DNA from: Rhabdothermincola sp.
GTDB taxonomy: Bacteria; Actinomycetota; Acidimicrobiia; Acidimicrobiales; Acidimicrobilacustridaceae
Assembly: GCF_036846205.1 (NCBI RefSeq)
Contig: NZ_DAIUCK010000001.1
Location: forward strand, 4,961-68,960
DNA: 64,000 bases
Direction of reading: 5' to 3'
In this document: positions 63,525 to 64,000 of the stretch, piece by piece
Layout of the letters: each line of letters starts with the position of its first letter
How positions within the stretch are numbered: position 1 is the first letter of the stretch
Translations under genes and position numbers: made by a program
The notes under the pieces: generated by a model
The model's input: only the letters and a program-made list of their open reading frames with translations
Told to the model about the DNA's origin: nothing
The model's database searches: none

Positions 63525-64000
63525 GTGAGCGAGGCGGTCCCGGATTGGAAGGCGCGCCCCGGAGGCCCCGAGTACGAGGCGGTGCGGGCCCGGCTGGTCG
63601 ACGCGGCGGAGTCGATCGTCCGCGACCGCGGGGTGAGGGCGCTGCGCCTCGACTCCGTCGCCGAGGTCGCGGGGCTTCACCGCTCCTCCGTCTACCGCTA
63701 CTTCGGATCGAAAGAAGAGCTGCTGACCGCGGTCGTGGCCCGCTCCTCCCTGCGGGTCCGCAGGAAGGTGGTGCGCAAGCTCGGCCGGGACGCACCGCTG
63801 GAGCGGTTCCTGGGCGAGGGTCTGGCGATGGCCATCGCCGAGGTGGCCACCGACCCCGTGCACCGGTCGCTGCTGTCACCGTCGGCCAGCGAAGCGCTGG
63901 CCCGCGCCGGGGGGAAGGCGCTGACCTCCGGCCTCCGCCCGCTGGTGGATCCCGTGTTCGAGCGCGCCGCCGAGCAGGGCATCCTCCGGGAGGGGGTCAC
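63525..64000 (+). CDS. TetR/AcrR family transcriptional regulator (3' end outside window)
   Basis: My own translation from GTG 63525 gives ...LRLDSVAEVAGLHRSSVYRYFGSKEELL, the TetR HTH. Divergent from the esterase gene. Not listed in the ORF track because it runs off the end. Confidence 0.8.
   Translation, partial: MSEAVPDWKARPGGPEYEAVRARLVDAAESIVRDRGVRALRLDSVAEVAGLHRSSVYRYFGSKEELLTAVVARSSLRVRRKVVRKLGRDAPLERFLGEGLAMAIAEVATDPVHRSLLSPSASEALARAGGKALTSGLRPLVDPVFERAAEQGILREGV

Noticed and set aside
1-64000. Mobile elements, CRISPR arrays, prophage or classical defence genes
   Set aside because: I saw no transposase or integrase motifs, no regularly spaced repeats, and no restriction/helicase/nuclease-type large proteins in any supported ORF. 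Apart from small AT-richer intergenic patches, composition looks uniform by eye.

Overview
High-GC (about 70%) densely coding chromosomal segment of actinobacterial type, possibly Acidimicrobiia-like (the class is a low-confidence guess). I support about 58 protein genes. I recognised no rRNA, tRNA, CRISPR array, transposase or integrase by eye. Many long ORFs in the six-frame track are GC-driven shadow frames opposite or overlapping well-supported genes. Layout: (1) 1-27.1 kb is a Wzx/Wzy-type surface-glycan locus. It holds an epimerase fragment, two AsnB-like amidotransferases, a bi-domain oxidoreductase, one GT2, two GT4, a Wzy-like membrane protein, a BY-tyrosine autokinase, a Wzx-type flippase, an LPXTG protein, DUF4012, an AT3 acyltransferase with tandem SGNH domains, a small methyltransferase and wecB. 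wecB is tightly chained to a lipoprotein hydrolase, an NTF2-like protein and a TPR/winged-helix regulator. (2) 27.3-31.0 kb holds an unknown 365-aa protein, HU, and an APH-like kinase coupled to a frameshifted methyltransferase. (3) 31.2-37.8 kb holds a crotonase and a 7-gene Mrp (Mnh) cation/proton antiporter operon. (4) 38-44.1 kb holds small stress-type proteins, a SigB/F-type sigma factor, a GAF-GAF-PAS-GAF-PP2C phosphatase and an RsbW-like kinase. (5) 44.6-50.8 kb is an unassigned envelope-tailoring-like cluster: FemAB-like GNAT, metallophosphoesterase, ATP-grasp, AlkB-like dioxygenase and an AT3/beta-lactamase-fold fusion. This is my best candidate for an undescribed system. (6) 50.9-64 kb holds a Tat-lipoprotein carotenoid oxygenase, DUF1269, a zinc-ribbon protein, a GDE-like glucosidase plus GT4, acyl-CoA metabolism genes, a PLDc_N/SHOCT protein with a structured leader, an esterase and a partial TetR gene. 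All family calls come from motif recognition in the translated ORFs; no database search was run.
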